Positions 9,011 to 16,535 of a stretch of DNA of 24,000 nt are shown here, in pieces. The stretch lies in the sequence record MW749010.1. One strand, 5' to 3'. Positions within the stretch are counted from its first letter, which is position 1. Every line of letters begins with the position of its first letter. Source of the DNA: Hafnia phage vB_HpaM_SarahDanielle. The notes below the pieces were generated by a model, which had not been told where the DNA came from, did not search any database, and was given only the letters and a program-made list of their open reading frames with translations. A program made the translations under genes and the position numbers.

Positions 9011-10369
9011 ATGACTAAGATTCAAATTGATGCAGCAATCTATGCAGACGTTAAAGATGGTATTATGACTAAAACTGCAATTGCTAAAAAGTACAACACA
9101 TCAACTCGTTCAGTTGGTAGAGCAGTGGAACGTCATGAGAAACGTATGGCAGAGACTTTCACACAACCAGTTGTGAAACCAGTTGTGGAAATTGATGTTC
9201 AAGAGGTTGTGGAACCAGTTGTAAAACAGACTGACAAAGAAATCATCTACATCCGTAAAGCATCTAATGATGATTTAAAAGTTGGTGACACAGTTATGTT
9301 GTCAGAGGATAGTCTCTGGCCTGTAAAAGACAGTAACCCACGTGGTGTAAATGGTCTGGTAGCAAACACTGATAGCTTTGGTTGGATTGCGGTAGAATGG
9401 GCTAATGGCGAGTTCAATTGCTATAAGAAGAGTGACAACGATTTAATTTTGATAGAACGTGGTGGAAAGATTGTTAAAGAACCTGATGAAGAACCACGTC
9501 ATGTAGCCGAAGAAGATAAGGTTGAAGTTGAATCTCCAAAAACTTCTCTGATGGATACACTGAAAAGTGGTAACCGTGTAGAGTATGTGTTAACAGGTGA
9601 CAGCGTTATCTTAACAATGGGTAATGAGACAGAGATTGTTGACTCTACTCATCCAAACTACAAAGCTATTCGAGAAGCAATCTTTAAAGAGGATTTCAAA
9701 GTAGCATTTGATTTGATGAATATCCGAAAAGCTATTGAGTCTTTTACACAAGGTAACATCACAATCAAAGGAGATAAACTATTCTACGGTGAAATGCATG
9801 TTAAGACTGAATTGGCTGATAAAATCATTCAGATGATGCAGACAGGTGATGAAGGTTTCAAACGTCTGATTAAGTTCTTTGAAAACCTGATGAAGAATCC
9901 TAGCCGTAGCAGTGTAGAGCAATTGTGGGGATTCGTTTGTCATAATGATGTAGAAATTGATGAAGATGGTTTCTTGATTGGTTGGAAAAAGGTTCGTTCT
10001 AATGGTAATGACTTAGTTGATAGTCGAACTGGCAAGGTTCCTAACAACGTCGGTTGTGTAGTTGAAATGCCACGTTGGATGGTAGACGACCGTCGAGAAG
10101 TTACTTGTTCACAAGGTCTTCATGTTGGAGCGTGGGACTATGTTCGAAGCTTCTCTGGTAACGTGATTACAAAGGTTCGTATGAACCCTGCTGATGTAGT
10201 GTCTGTTCCAGATGATTATGATGATATGAAAGTTCGAACCTCTAAATACGAAGTTATTGGTTTGGTTGATGATTATCGTAAAGAAATCCCAAACACTTAC
10301 GAATACAAACGTCAACATGTAATGGTTGGTTCTGCTGGTGAAATCTTAGGAATCAAAGAAATCCAATAA
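9011..10369 (+). CDS. rIIB: rIIB-like protein with N-terminal helix-turn-helix
   Basis: Start at internal ATG 9011 (GAGGAAATGAAC RBS). N-term MTKTAIAKKYNTSTRSVGRAV HTH; WGFVCHNDVEIDEDGFLIGWKKVR and CSQGLHVGAWDYVR conserved in rIIB-like proteins. Confidence 0.85.
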   Translation: MTKIQIDAAIYADVKDGIMTKTAIAKKYNTSTRSVGRAVERHEKRMAETFTQPVVKPVVEIDVQEVVEPVVKQTDKEIIYIRKASNDDLKVGDTVMLSEDSLWPVKDSNPRGVNGLVANTDSFGWIAVEWANGEFNCYKKSDNDLILIERGGKIVKEPDEEPRHVAEEDKVEVESPKTSLMDTLKSGNRVEYVLTGDSVILTMGNETEIVDSTHPNYKAIREAIFKEDFKVAFDLMNIRKAIESFTQGNITIKGDKLFYGEMHVKTELADKIIQMMQTGDEGFKRLIKFFENLMKNPSRSSVEQLWGFVCHNDVEIDEDGFLIGWKKVRSNGNDLVDSRTGKVPNNVGCVVEMPRWMVDDRREVTCSQGLHVGAWDYVRSFSGNVITKVRMNPADVVSVPDDYDDMKVRTSKYEVIGLVDDYRKEIPNTYEYKRQHVMVGSAGEILGIKEIQ

Positions 10370-10386
10370 TATTTAATAACTTTTAC

Positions 10387-10419
10387 AAAGGCTGCTCTTA
10401 ACAGAGTGGCCTTTTTCGT
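10387..10419 (+). terminator. Rho-independent terminator, duplicate of 121-153
   Basis: AAAGGCTGCTCTTAACAGAGTGGCCTTTTTCG, identical to the first terminator. Confidence 0.85.
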
Positions 10420-10457
10420 TTATATTAGTTACATGTTTTTCTACAAGAGGATTAGAA

Positions 10458-11012
10458 ATGTTTTTAGAAGCGATGCTCAAGACAGCCTTTGCAGTAAGCC
10501 TTTTAGTGTCTTCACATAATGCTGAATCTCCAAGTACAAAGCTTACTACAAAGACTATGCCTGAAAGTTGCCCTACACTAACTATTAACCAGATTAAAAC
10601 TTTAAATATGTCATACAGATATGGTGAAGATAACATTGGAAAAGGGTGGGGCAAGGTTATGGTAGGGATTGCTCACAGGGAATCACAACTTGGTGTTAAG
10701 TTAATCAACAGTAAGACTCAGGACTATGGGGTCTTCCAGAACCATCTTAAAACAGTTGTGAAACGTAACAAGATAAAGTTTCCAGCAAAAGCTAAGAAGA
10801 GACTTATCAATGACTTCCATTATTCAGCAGATGAATCAAGGAAAGAGATAGAGTTCTGGAAGAAGGTACATGGTGAAAAGAACATCAAGAAAATTCTTGC
10901 CAGTTACAATGCAGGTTACAACTATAACAGCACCAAAGGGAAAAAGTATTCCAAAGACGTGCTAGATAGTGTAAAGCTTATGCAAGCTTGTTATGGTGGT
11001 TTAATGATGTAA
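10458..11012 (+). CDS. Lytic transglycosylase (SLT-like), N-terminal signal/anchor; candidate endolysin
   Basis: GIAHRESQLGVKLINSKTQDYGVFQNH ... ILASYNAGYNY; hydrophobic N-term MLKTAFAVSLLVSS. Confidence 0.82.
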   Translation: MFLEAMLKTAFAVSLLVSSHNAESPSTKLTTKTMPESCPTLTINQIKTLNMSYRYGEDNIGKGWGKVMVGIAHRESQLGVKLINSKTQDYGVFQNHLKTVVKRNKIKFPAKAKKRLINDFHYSADESRKEIEFWKKVHGEKNIKKILASYNAGYNYNSTKGKKYSKDVLDSVKLMQACYGGLMM

Positions 11013-11020
11013 GGTTTTGT

Positions 11021-11057
11021 AAAGGGGTTTGCAAAGACCCCTTTGAAGAACTAACAT
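11021..11057 (+). promoter_or_regulatory. Class I hairpin/promoter module
   Basis: AAAGGGGTTTGCAAAGACCCCTTT; TTGCAA (11029-11034), 17 bp, TAACAT (11052-11057). Confidence 0.5.
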
Positions 11058-11097
11058 GTACCACATAGAGAAGATAAACAAACAAAGGGGAAACAAT

Positions 11098-11784
11098 ATG
11101 ATGAAAAGTTCAACGATTAAACCTACTAACGTTGCTTATGTGAAGTGGAGTACCAAGGAAATCGTAAAAGGTTACATCTACTATAAAGACCTTTATCTAG
11201 TTTCTGATGAAGAACCAGAAGTACCAATCTATAATACTCCACAAGATGATTTTCCAGAGTACAGCATTCACGTAGATGATTTGATGATTATGCCAGATGT
11301 ACAATACGAAAATAAACCAAAAGTTATTGTATGCGACATTGATGGTGTATTGAATACTTACAATAAAGAGAAAGGTGTTCTCTTGAAAGATGGAACTCAT
11401 GAACCAAACTGGACACAGTTCTCTAAGATGAACGAAGTAGAACCTGTTAAGTTTATGTTTGAAATGCTTATCAGTTTCTTACGTAGTCATGGCAGAGACT
11501 CACTTATTATCTTTATGACAGCACGTGGTGAAACACAACGTTACTTGACTGAAAAATTCTTAGAAGAGAACATGGGCGAGTGGTATTCAAGAACCATCTT
11601 GTTTATGCGTGGTCAGGGTTGTAACCGTAAAAGTGCTGAACAACTTAAAGTGGAACGTATGGCTGGTGCAGTTCTCCCATACTTTGATGTAGAAGCCTTT
11701 ATAGATGATACTGTAGAAGTTATCAAAGCTATTAATGATTTCTTCCCACACATCACTACAATGACAGTTAAACCAAAAGCTTAA
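11098..11784 (+). CDS. HAD-superfamily phosphatase, resembling polynucleotide kinase 3'-phosphatase domain
   Basis: VIVCDIDGVLNTYNK, FMTARGETQRYLTEKFL, and a C-terminal FIDDTVEVIKAI motif. Start at ATG 11098 rather than 11056, which falls in the regulatory module. Confidence 0.82.
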   Translation: MMKSSTIKPTNVAYVKWSTKEIVKGYIYYKDLYLVSDEEPEVPIYNTPQDDFPEYSIHVDDLMIMPDVQYENKPKVIVCDIDGVLNTYNKEKGVLLKDGTHEPNWTQFSKMNEVEPVKFMFEMLISFLRSHGRDSLIIFMTARGETQRYLTEKFLEENMGEWYSRTILFMRGQGCNRKSAEQLKVERMAGAVLPYFDVEAFIDDTVEVIKAINDFFPHITTMTVKPKA

Positions 11785-11798
11785 TAAGGTATTGTGAA

Positions 11799-12041
11799 AT
11801 GAATTTTATCAAGAAATTGTTCAGTTTTATTGCGTGGTTATTCTTTTGGGTAATGACGGTTATTACAGCAGGTTCCCTTAACCACTTAGTAAAGACTGGA
11901 CAGATTGACACTGATACACCAACTGTCCTTGTCGGTGTGGTAATTTTCACAGTAATGTATTGGTTAACTAAAGGTGTAGTCTTTGCAGTTCATTACCTAA
12001 TTGACATTATTGATGGTCTGTTTAGAGGAAGTGTAAAATGA
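11799..12041 (+). CDS. Small membrane protein with ~2 TM segments; holin is a possibility
   Basis: LFSFIAWLFFWVMTVITAG and VLVGVVIFTVMYWLTKGVVFAV; located between transglycosylase and spanins. Confidence 0.6.
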   Translation: MNFIKKLFSFIAWLFFWVMTVITAGSLNHLVKTGQIDTDTPTVLVGVVIFTVMYWLTKGVVFAVHYLIDIIDGLFRGSVK

Positions 12042-12388
12042 AACGTAAATCTATCTATAAAATAGCAATCAACCTATGGAAGCGTCGATTCCAAGCAGTG
12101 TGTGATTCAAAAGTGAGTCCATTTTGGCGAAAGAAAGACTTAAAAGGTTTTGTTCGTCAAATGGGTGTACATACCGCAGATTGGATGGTGTATGAAGTAG
12201 CTCAAGAGATAGCATATCGTGAGTCTGGATGTAAAGGTTGGTCAGTTGAATTCTCAAACTTCTTCACAGAAAACGAAGAACACTTTAGAGAGTTAGCTAT
12301 TGATATTATTTATCAGCAAACGCAAGAAGAACTAACAGATGCGCTCCAAGAGTCAATGGAAGCAGAAATTGAAGCAATGTACAGCTAA
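12038..12388 (+). CDS. Hypothetical protein (116 aa)
   Basis: ATGA-type overlap with upstream gene. Confidence 0.75.
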   Translation: MKRKSIYKIAINLWKRRFQAVCDSKVSPFWRKKDLKGFVRQMGVHTADWMVYEVAQEIAYRESGCKGWSVEFSNFFTENEEHFRELAIDIIYQQTQEELTDALQESMEAEIEAMYS

Positions 12389-12401
12389 TAAGGGGATAAC
12401 C

Positions 12402-12818
12402 ATGAAATCAGTACATTTAGTAATGTCAGCAGAGAAAGATAAGAAGATGGTAGAATTGTCTACAATCCTGTATGCAGAAGCAGGACGTGGTGTAGAATTC
12501 AAGGCTACCACTGTAAAGAAAGATAATAGTGGGATGAGAAGCTTCAATGCCGTGATGGAGAATAACCTCATCAAAGCATTACGTGGTGATAACTTGACTA
12601 TCACAGACACAGATATCAATGACTACCGTACTCTTCATCTTCCAACTTTAGTCAGTTTGGAATTTAAAGATACAATCTATCTATTCATTGATGATATTGC
12701 TATCAATAAGATGATGGAGAGTTATAACAGTAGTGTTGTGGCATTAGGTCAATCTCTAAAACAATTGTTACTGACACAAACAACACTGGTAAATGCTTAC
12801 CAGAATATGTTAAGTTAG
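12402..12818 (+). CDS. Hypothetical protein (138 aa)
   Basis: Likely start MKSVHLVMSAEK at 12402 after AGGGGATAACC; the upstream part overlaps the previous gene. Confidence 0.7.
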   Translation: MKSVHLVMSAEKDKKMVELSTILYAEAGRGVEFKATTVKKDNSGMRSFNAVMENNLIKALRGDNLTITDTDINDYRTLHLPTLVSLEFKDTIYLFIDDIAINKMMESYNSSVVALGQSLKQLLLTQTTLVNAYQNMLS

Positions 12819-12828
12819 CTTTAAAGTT

Positions 12829-12855
12829 ATGGTCACCGAAAGGTGGCCTTTCTTA
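12829..12855 (+). terminator. Probable Rho-independent terminator
   Basis: GGTCACC-gaaa-GGTGGCC-TTTCTTAG. Confidence 0.6.
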
Positions 12856-12873
12856 GTTTAGTGAGAGGTGATT

Positions 12874-13218
12874 ATGTCAAGTTATGTAAAGGTTATTGCT
12901 TTAATAGCTTTAGTAGGGGTATCATTCAGTTGTGGTTACAAACTGAGAGATTACCAGATAGTCCAAGAAAGACTCCATCAAGAACAAATTGATAAAGCTT
13001 CTAAAGAGGCGTTCTTACAAGGTCAGTCTGTTCTTGTTGATAAGATGAATCAATCTTTGAAAGAGTTTGACAGAGGTAATAAAGTAAATGAAAAGACAAT
13101 CATTCAAGAAAAAACTAAAACTGTTTTTAGGAATATCTGTTCTACTGATGAGTATGTCAGGATGTTCAACGAAGCCTCAGAAAATGGTAAATCCAAATTA
13201 CCACGTAACACAAAGTGA
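12874..13218 (+). CDS. Rz: Rz-like inner-membrane spanin
   Basis: N-terminal TM (VIALIALVGVSFSCGYKL) followed by charged coiled coil; overlaps an out-of-frame lipoprotein gene. Start ATG 12874 or GTG 12868. Confidence 0.7.
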   Translation: MSSYVKVIALIALVGVSFSCGYKLRDYQIVQERLHQEQIDKASKEAFLQGQSVLVDKMNQSLKEFDRGNKVNEKTIIQEKTKTVFRNICSTDEYVRMFNEASENGKSKLPRNTK

Positions 13219-13384
13219 TAAGATTTACCAAGAAGATGTGGTAGGGAAGGGTGCTGTTATGGAAGGTAAGACAGGTGAAGCCGTCACAGATACAGCAGAG
13301 TTTTACAGAAACGAGTTCTACCAATGTGCTATCAAGTACAATGGTTTAATAGACAGAATCTTAAAGGGGAATTCAAATGGCTGA
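13088..13384 (+). CDS. Rz1: Rz1-like outer-membrane lipoprotein spanin
   Basis: Lipobox LLMSMSGC-STKP; nested/overlapping in a different frame with the Rz-like gene. Confidence 0.7.
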   Translation: MKRQSFKKKLKLFLGISVLLMSMSGCSTKPQKMVNPNYHVTQSDKIYQEDVVGKGAVMEGKTGEAVTDTAEFYRNEFYQCAIKYNGLIDRILKGNSNG

Positions 13385-13577
13385 TTTTTGCAAGAAGTGC
13401 TCTATTGAAATGTTTGGAAGTGACACTAAAGACTTAGAAGGTCTTATCACAAAAGAGCAATGGGAAGAAGGTTTTGCTGCTACAGTTGTCTGTGAAGGGT
13501 GCTGTGCAGGTTGGGTAGACCATGAAGGTAATCGTGTAAAACCAAGTGAGGATGGAGAATCATGGGTTCATTATTAA
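13377..13577 (+). CDS. Small cysteine-rich (zinc-finger-like) protein (66 aa)
   Basis: FCKKCSIEMFG ... VCEGCCAGWVD. Confidence 0.65.
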   Translation: MADFCKKCSIEMFGSDTKDLEGLITKEQWEEGFAATVVCEGCCAGWVDHEGNRVKPSEDGESWVHY

Positions 13578-13651
13578 CACCTGAATTGTATAGTTTCTTA
13601 AAGTTTATAGCAGTGTTGATTTTCTTAGGTTATGTTTATAGCAAAGATTAA
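13562..13651 (+). CDS. Tiny single-TM protein (29 aa)
   Basis: MGSLLTPELYSFLKFIAVLIFLGYVYSKD*; start overlaps the previous stop. Below the ORF track cutoff. Confidence 0.45.
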   Translation: MGSLLTPELYSFLKFIAVLIFLGYVYSKD

Positions 13652-13669
13652 CAGCGTGAGGTAACTACT

Positions 13670-13777
13670 ATGAAACTGTTTAAAAACGATGATGCATTTG
13701 GTTGGTCAATGGCTTTTGCAGTAGCTTGTGTCATGGTAATTTTCTTATCTTCTGTTTATATCGCAGTTGGAGTTTAA
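13670..13777 (+). CDS. Tiny single-TM protein (35 aa)
   Basis: MKLFKNDDAFGWSMAFAVACVMVIFLSSVYIAVGV*; GTGAGG upstream; stop abuts the next ATG at 13779. Below the ORF track cutoff. Confidence 0.55.
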   Translation: MKLFKNDDAFGWSMAFAVACVMVIFLSSVYIAVGV

Positions 13778-13778
13778 T

Positions 13779-14060
13779 ATGTCAAGTACAGTGTACAAAT
13801 GGATGTTGGATGATGTTGAAGAGGGTAAGTTAGAGGGTGTAACTGAACTTATAGAAGATGAATCCGGTTGGGGCATGGATATGGTCTACAACGGTTGGAA
13901 AAAGATGTGTCTACGAATTGCAGAAGACCACGGAAGACAACCAATATTAGAACATGACTACAACGTTTCCCCTACAGATGGTAGACCTAATACACAACAC
14001 ACTATGAAGGTTTTGGGGTCAGATATCATCATAGGTACTTTGGAAGTCTTCTATAAATAA
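13779..14060 (+). CDS. Hypothetical protein (93 aa)
   Basis: ATG at 13779 preferred over TTG 13767. Confidence 0.65.
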   Translation: MSSTVYKWMLDDVEEGKLEGVTELIEDESGWGMDMVYNGWKKMCLRIAEDHGRQPILEHDYNVSPTDGRPNTQHTMKVLGSDIIIGTLEVFYK

Positions 14061-14069
14061 TGTTTTGTA

Positions 14070-14116
14070 AAGGGGTCTTTATAGTAGTTTGTCAGACCCC
14101 TTTGAAGAACTAAACA
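14070..14116 (+). promoter_or_regulatory. Class I hairpin/promoter module (variant)
   Basis: AAAGGGGTCT-N15-AGACCCCTTT; TTGTCA (14089-14094), 16 bp, TAAACA (14111-14116). Confidence 0.45.
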
Positions 14117-14138
14117 ACAAATGAAAGGAGAAGGAATA

Positions 14139-14984
14139 ATGGCTATTACACGATTGATTCACGGTGACTTGATTGAGTTTGCTAAGATGGGTGCTTTTGA
14201 TTTGATTGGTCATGGTTGTAATACAATGAATTTAATGGGTTCAGGTATTGCTAAATTCATTAAAGAAGAGTTCCCAATGGCTTTTGAAGCAGACCGTTTA
14301 ATGCATGACAAACATAATCTACGTTATCGTAATACAAAACCACATGTAGAATGCCCTACTATGGCTGGTCGTATGTCACATGTTTACATTAACAGTGGTG
14401 GTGGATTCTATGTAGCGAATCTATACACTCAGGTTTATACTGGTCGCGATGCAAAGTACAACCACTTAGCAGACGCTTTACACAACCTTAATGCATTCTG
14501 TAAAGAGCATCATGTACAAAAGGTTGGGTTACCTATGATTGGGTGCGGTATCGGTGGTTTGAATGAGTTCGCTGTTCTGAACTTGATTAGCAGTATCATT
14601 GAGGCTGATGTGACAATGGTTATTCATCCAGACTCTTACCCAAGCCTTTCACACTTTGAGTTTAAAACTAGTCTACCAAAAGTTTATGATGGTATTCTAA
14701 TGATAGATGATGAAGGTAACACTTTCCAGTTGAACCCTAATCCAACCGGTTCAGAGTTACCCCTGATACCAATTACTAACCATAAGTTTTGTCCAGTTAC
14801 CCTCTCAGTAACCCCCGTTAACCGTTTTGTAGGTGGTTATGGTAACTTTGAGAATGCTCTAAGGAGTTTTGATTTACCTTATGACTTCTTATACTTCTTT
14901 GTCAAACCTAAAGGAGACATTCATAAGCTAAGACGTCTACAAAGCTTTAAGAATATCCGTTGGGTGGATGTTAATAAAATCTGA
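14139..14984 (+). CDS. Macro-domain protein (ADP-ribose-binding/processing)
   Basis: RLIHGDLIEFAKMGAFDLIGHGCNTMNLMGSGIAKFIKEEFP, LPMIGCGIGGLN, VTMVIHP: macro-domain core. AGGAGAAGG RBS before ATG 14139. Confidence 0.85.
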   Translation: MAITRLIHGDLIEFAKMGAFDLIGHGCNTMNLMGSGIAKFIKEEFPMAFEADRLMHDKHNLRYRNTKPHVECPTMAGRMSHVYINSGGGFYVANLYTQVYTGRDAKYNHLADALHNLNAFCKEHHVQKVGLPMIGCGIGGLNEFAVLNLISSIIEADVTMVIHPDSYPSLSHFEFKTSLPKVYDGILMIDDEGNTFQLNPNPTGSELPLIPITNHKFCPVTLSVTPVNRFVGGYGNFENALRSFDLPYDFLYFFVKPKGDIHKLRRLQSFKNIRWVDVNKI

Positions 14985-15001
14985 TAAGTAACTTTCTGAG
15001 G

Positions 15002-15032
15002 GCATCCCTACTAAGTTTTTGGTAGGGGTGTC
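15002..15032 (+). terminator. Hairpin, possible terminator (no T tract)
   Basis: GCATCCCTAC / GTAGGGGTGT arms, 10 bp with two wobbles. Confidence 0.4.
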
Positions 15033-15048
15033 TGTTCAGAGATTCTAA

Positions 15049-15246
15049 CAGGGGACACGATAGAAAATTCATTTTGAAAACGTGCTTATAAAATTAATTT
15101 TGTCAAGGGAAACGATAGAAAAATTATTTTCAAATTGTGCTTATAACTAGGGACACGATAGCTTTTTCATTTTCAAATTGTGCTTATAAAAAGAACTGGC
15201 AGGGGACACGATAGAAAATTCATTTTGAAAACGTGCTTATAAAATT
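15049..15246 (+). repeat. Array of four related ~42-bp direct repeats (iteron- or operator-like)
   Basis: Copies begin near 15051, 15107, 15150 and 15202; shared core GGGAcACGATAG...TTyaAAa/tyGTGCTTATAA. First and last copies share an identical 47-bp stretch (15049-15095 and 15200-15246). Confidence 0.9.
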
Positions 15247-15312
15247 TTATAGAGAACCAACCAGACCAGCACCCCAAGCCCCATACCAAAATCTATATCG
15301 AATGTCAACCTC

Positions 15313-15352
15313 CTTTACAAATCTTTACAATCCTTCTTTACACTTCTTTACA
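15313..15352 (-). repeat. Four TGTAAAG motifs in minus orientation (CTTTACA on +)
   Basis: CTTTACA at 15313, 15323, 15336, 15346 (spacings 10, 13, 10). Confidence 0.8.
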
Positions 15353-15361
15353 AATCTTTCC

Positions 15362-15390
15362 TTGCATCTCATCACAAACAATCTCATAAT
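15362..15390 (+). promoter_or_regulatory. Candidate sigma70 promoter
   Basis: TTGCAT, 17 bp, CATAAT, followed by TCACCACATCAAAAC. Confidence 0.55.
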
Positions 15391-15443
15391 TCACCACATC
15401 AAAACGCAGTACACGAAAACAGTCTAATCAAGGAACTTTAAAA

Positions 15444-15743
15444 ATGAAACGTGAAATCAATGCTCTTGTTAAACCACTGACTAAAACACAGCTTAAAGCA
15501 CAAATTGATAAAGGTGGATGCATTGAAACAGTTTACAAAGAATGTCGTCGTTATGGTGAAATAATCTATAAAGATGATTATGAATATACTTACACTGTGA
15601 ACTTCAAAACCAACGAAAAACAAACTGATTTAGTCACTGAGATTTACATTACATATAAAGATTTGTATTGGCATTTTGAACTTGTCAAAGGTGAAGTTAA
15701 AACGGCAGGGTGGAGCATCAACAAACCAGCTTGTACAATGTAA
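15444..15743 (+). CDS. Hypothetical early protein (99 aa)
   Basis: Leader AATCAAGGAACTTTAAAA-ATG. Confidence 0.75.
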   Translation: MKREINALVKPLTKTQLKAQIDKGGCIETVYKECRRYGEIIYKDDYEYTYTVNFKTNEKQTDLVTEIYITYKDLYWHFELVKGEVKTAGWSINKPACTM

Positions 15744-15857
15744 GAAATAGAGTTTTGTAAAGATTTGTAAAGACACTAGACGGGGTTATTAAATTGATAG
15801 ATAATGACCCCATCGAAACGAGATACACAACAACCTAATCAAGAGGATTTAAAAATG
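15742..15857 (+). repeat. 116-bp duplicated intergenic promoter module, copy 1
   Basis: Matches 21683-21798 with a single mismatch; contains TAGACG-17-GATAAT, GGGGTTATT/AATGACCCC inverted repeat, and AATCAAGAGGATTTAAAA-ATG. Confidence 0.9.
15777..15809 (+). promoter_or_regulatory. Class II promoter with overlapping inverted repeat
   Basis: TAGACG (15777-15782), 17 bp, GATAAT (15800-15805); arms GGGGTTATT and AATGACCCC. Confidence 0.6.
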
Positions 15858-16022
15858 TTATCAGCAAAAACCTTATTAAATACAGCATTGCAATTTAACA
15901 ATCGTACTACATCTGGACTTGCACAAGTTTTATGGAACATGGGAATGTTAGAAGCTAAAAAGGAAAAACAACCGCTTTACTTTTCCAATAAATCATTTAA
16001 AGTTACTTCAAAAATTAACTAA
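15855..16022 (+). CDS. Hypothetical early protein (55 aa)
   Basis: ATG 15855 after AAGAGGATTTAAAA; the annotated upstream extension is regulatory sequence. Confidence 0.65.
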   Translation: MLSAKTLLNTALQFNNRTTSGLAQVLWNMGMLEAKKEKQPLYFSNKSFKVTSKIN

Positions 16023-16036
16023 TCAAGGTTTTTAAA

Positions 16037-16273
16037 ATGTCTAAAAATATTCGTATCACGGTTACTTTTGAAGAGATAGCAATTTGTAAATACAATGATA
16101 CTTGTATATCGCTAAACAAACATACCCATTGTGATTTTTGGGACAGTACCGATGAGATAACAGAGTACGAGATAAACTATAACGGTCACATTATAAAACG
16201 AGACACAAAAGAGCAAGCCGAAAAAGACTATAAAGATTTATGTTATCTGGTTTTCTCAAAAGTAGGGGCTTAA
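16037..16273 (+). CDS. Hypothetical protein (78 aa)
   Basis: Leader AATCAAGGTTTTTAAAATG. Confidence 0.6.
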   Translation: MSKNIRITVTFEEIAICKYNDTCISLNKHTHCDFWDSTDEITEYEINYNGHIIKRDTKEQAEKDYKDLCYLVFSKVGA

Positions 16274-16275
16274 AA

Positions 16276-16449
16276 ATGGAACATTTACCGACTGTTGTCT
16301 ACGTGGTTTTCTTTAATAATTTTCATGGGGAGGATGAATATTGCGGCGTATTCTCTTCCGAAGAATCTGCAAGGCTCTTTATCAGCCGTTCTGTTGATTG
16401 GGAGCAACCGAGTTTTAGAATTGTAGAAGAAACACTTGATGATTTTTAA
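16276..16449 (+). CDS. Hypothetical protein (57 aa)
   Basis: Start MEHLPTVVYVVFF at 16276 just after the previous stop. Confidence 0.55.
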   Translation: MEHLPTVVYVVFFNNFHGEDEYCGVFSSEESARLFISRSVDWEQPSFRIVEETLDDF

Positions 16450-16464
16450 TTTGTAAAGTTTTGT

Positions 16465-16501
16465 AAAGGGGCTTGATTAAGCCCTTTTGAAAAACTAACA
16501 T
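16465..16501 (+). promoter_or_regulatory. Class I hairpin/promoter module (variant stem)
   Basis: AAAGGGGCTT-ga-tt-AAGCCCTTTT; TTGATT (16473-16478), 17 bp, TAACAT (16496-16501). Confidence 0.55.
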
Positions 16502-16535
16502 GTATCACATCGAAAACAACAAAAGGAAAGAGAAA

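Noticed and set aside
10373-10654. 93-aa minus ORF opposite the transglycosylase start
   Set aside because: Antisense, spans a terminator and the N-terminus of a convincing gene.
15049-15246. CRISPR array interpretation of the four repeats
   Set aside because: Long imperfect repeats are separated by only short, variable gaps with no uniform spacers; no cas genes or leader. Better explained as iterons or operators.
15233-15427. 64-aa + ORF MLIKFYREPTRPAPQAPYQ...
   Set aside because: Starts in the last 42-bp repeat, spans reversed TGTAAAG motifs and a promoter, and has no RBS or protein-like composition.
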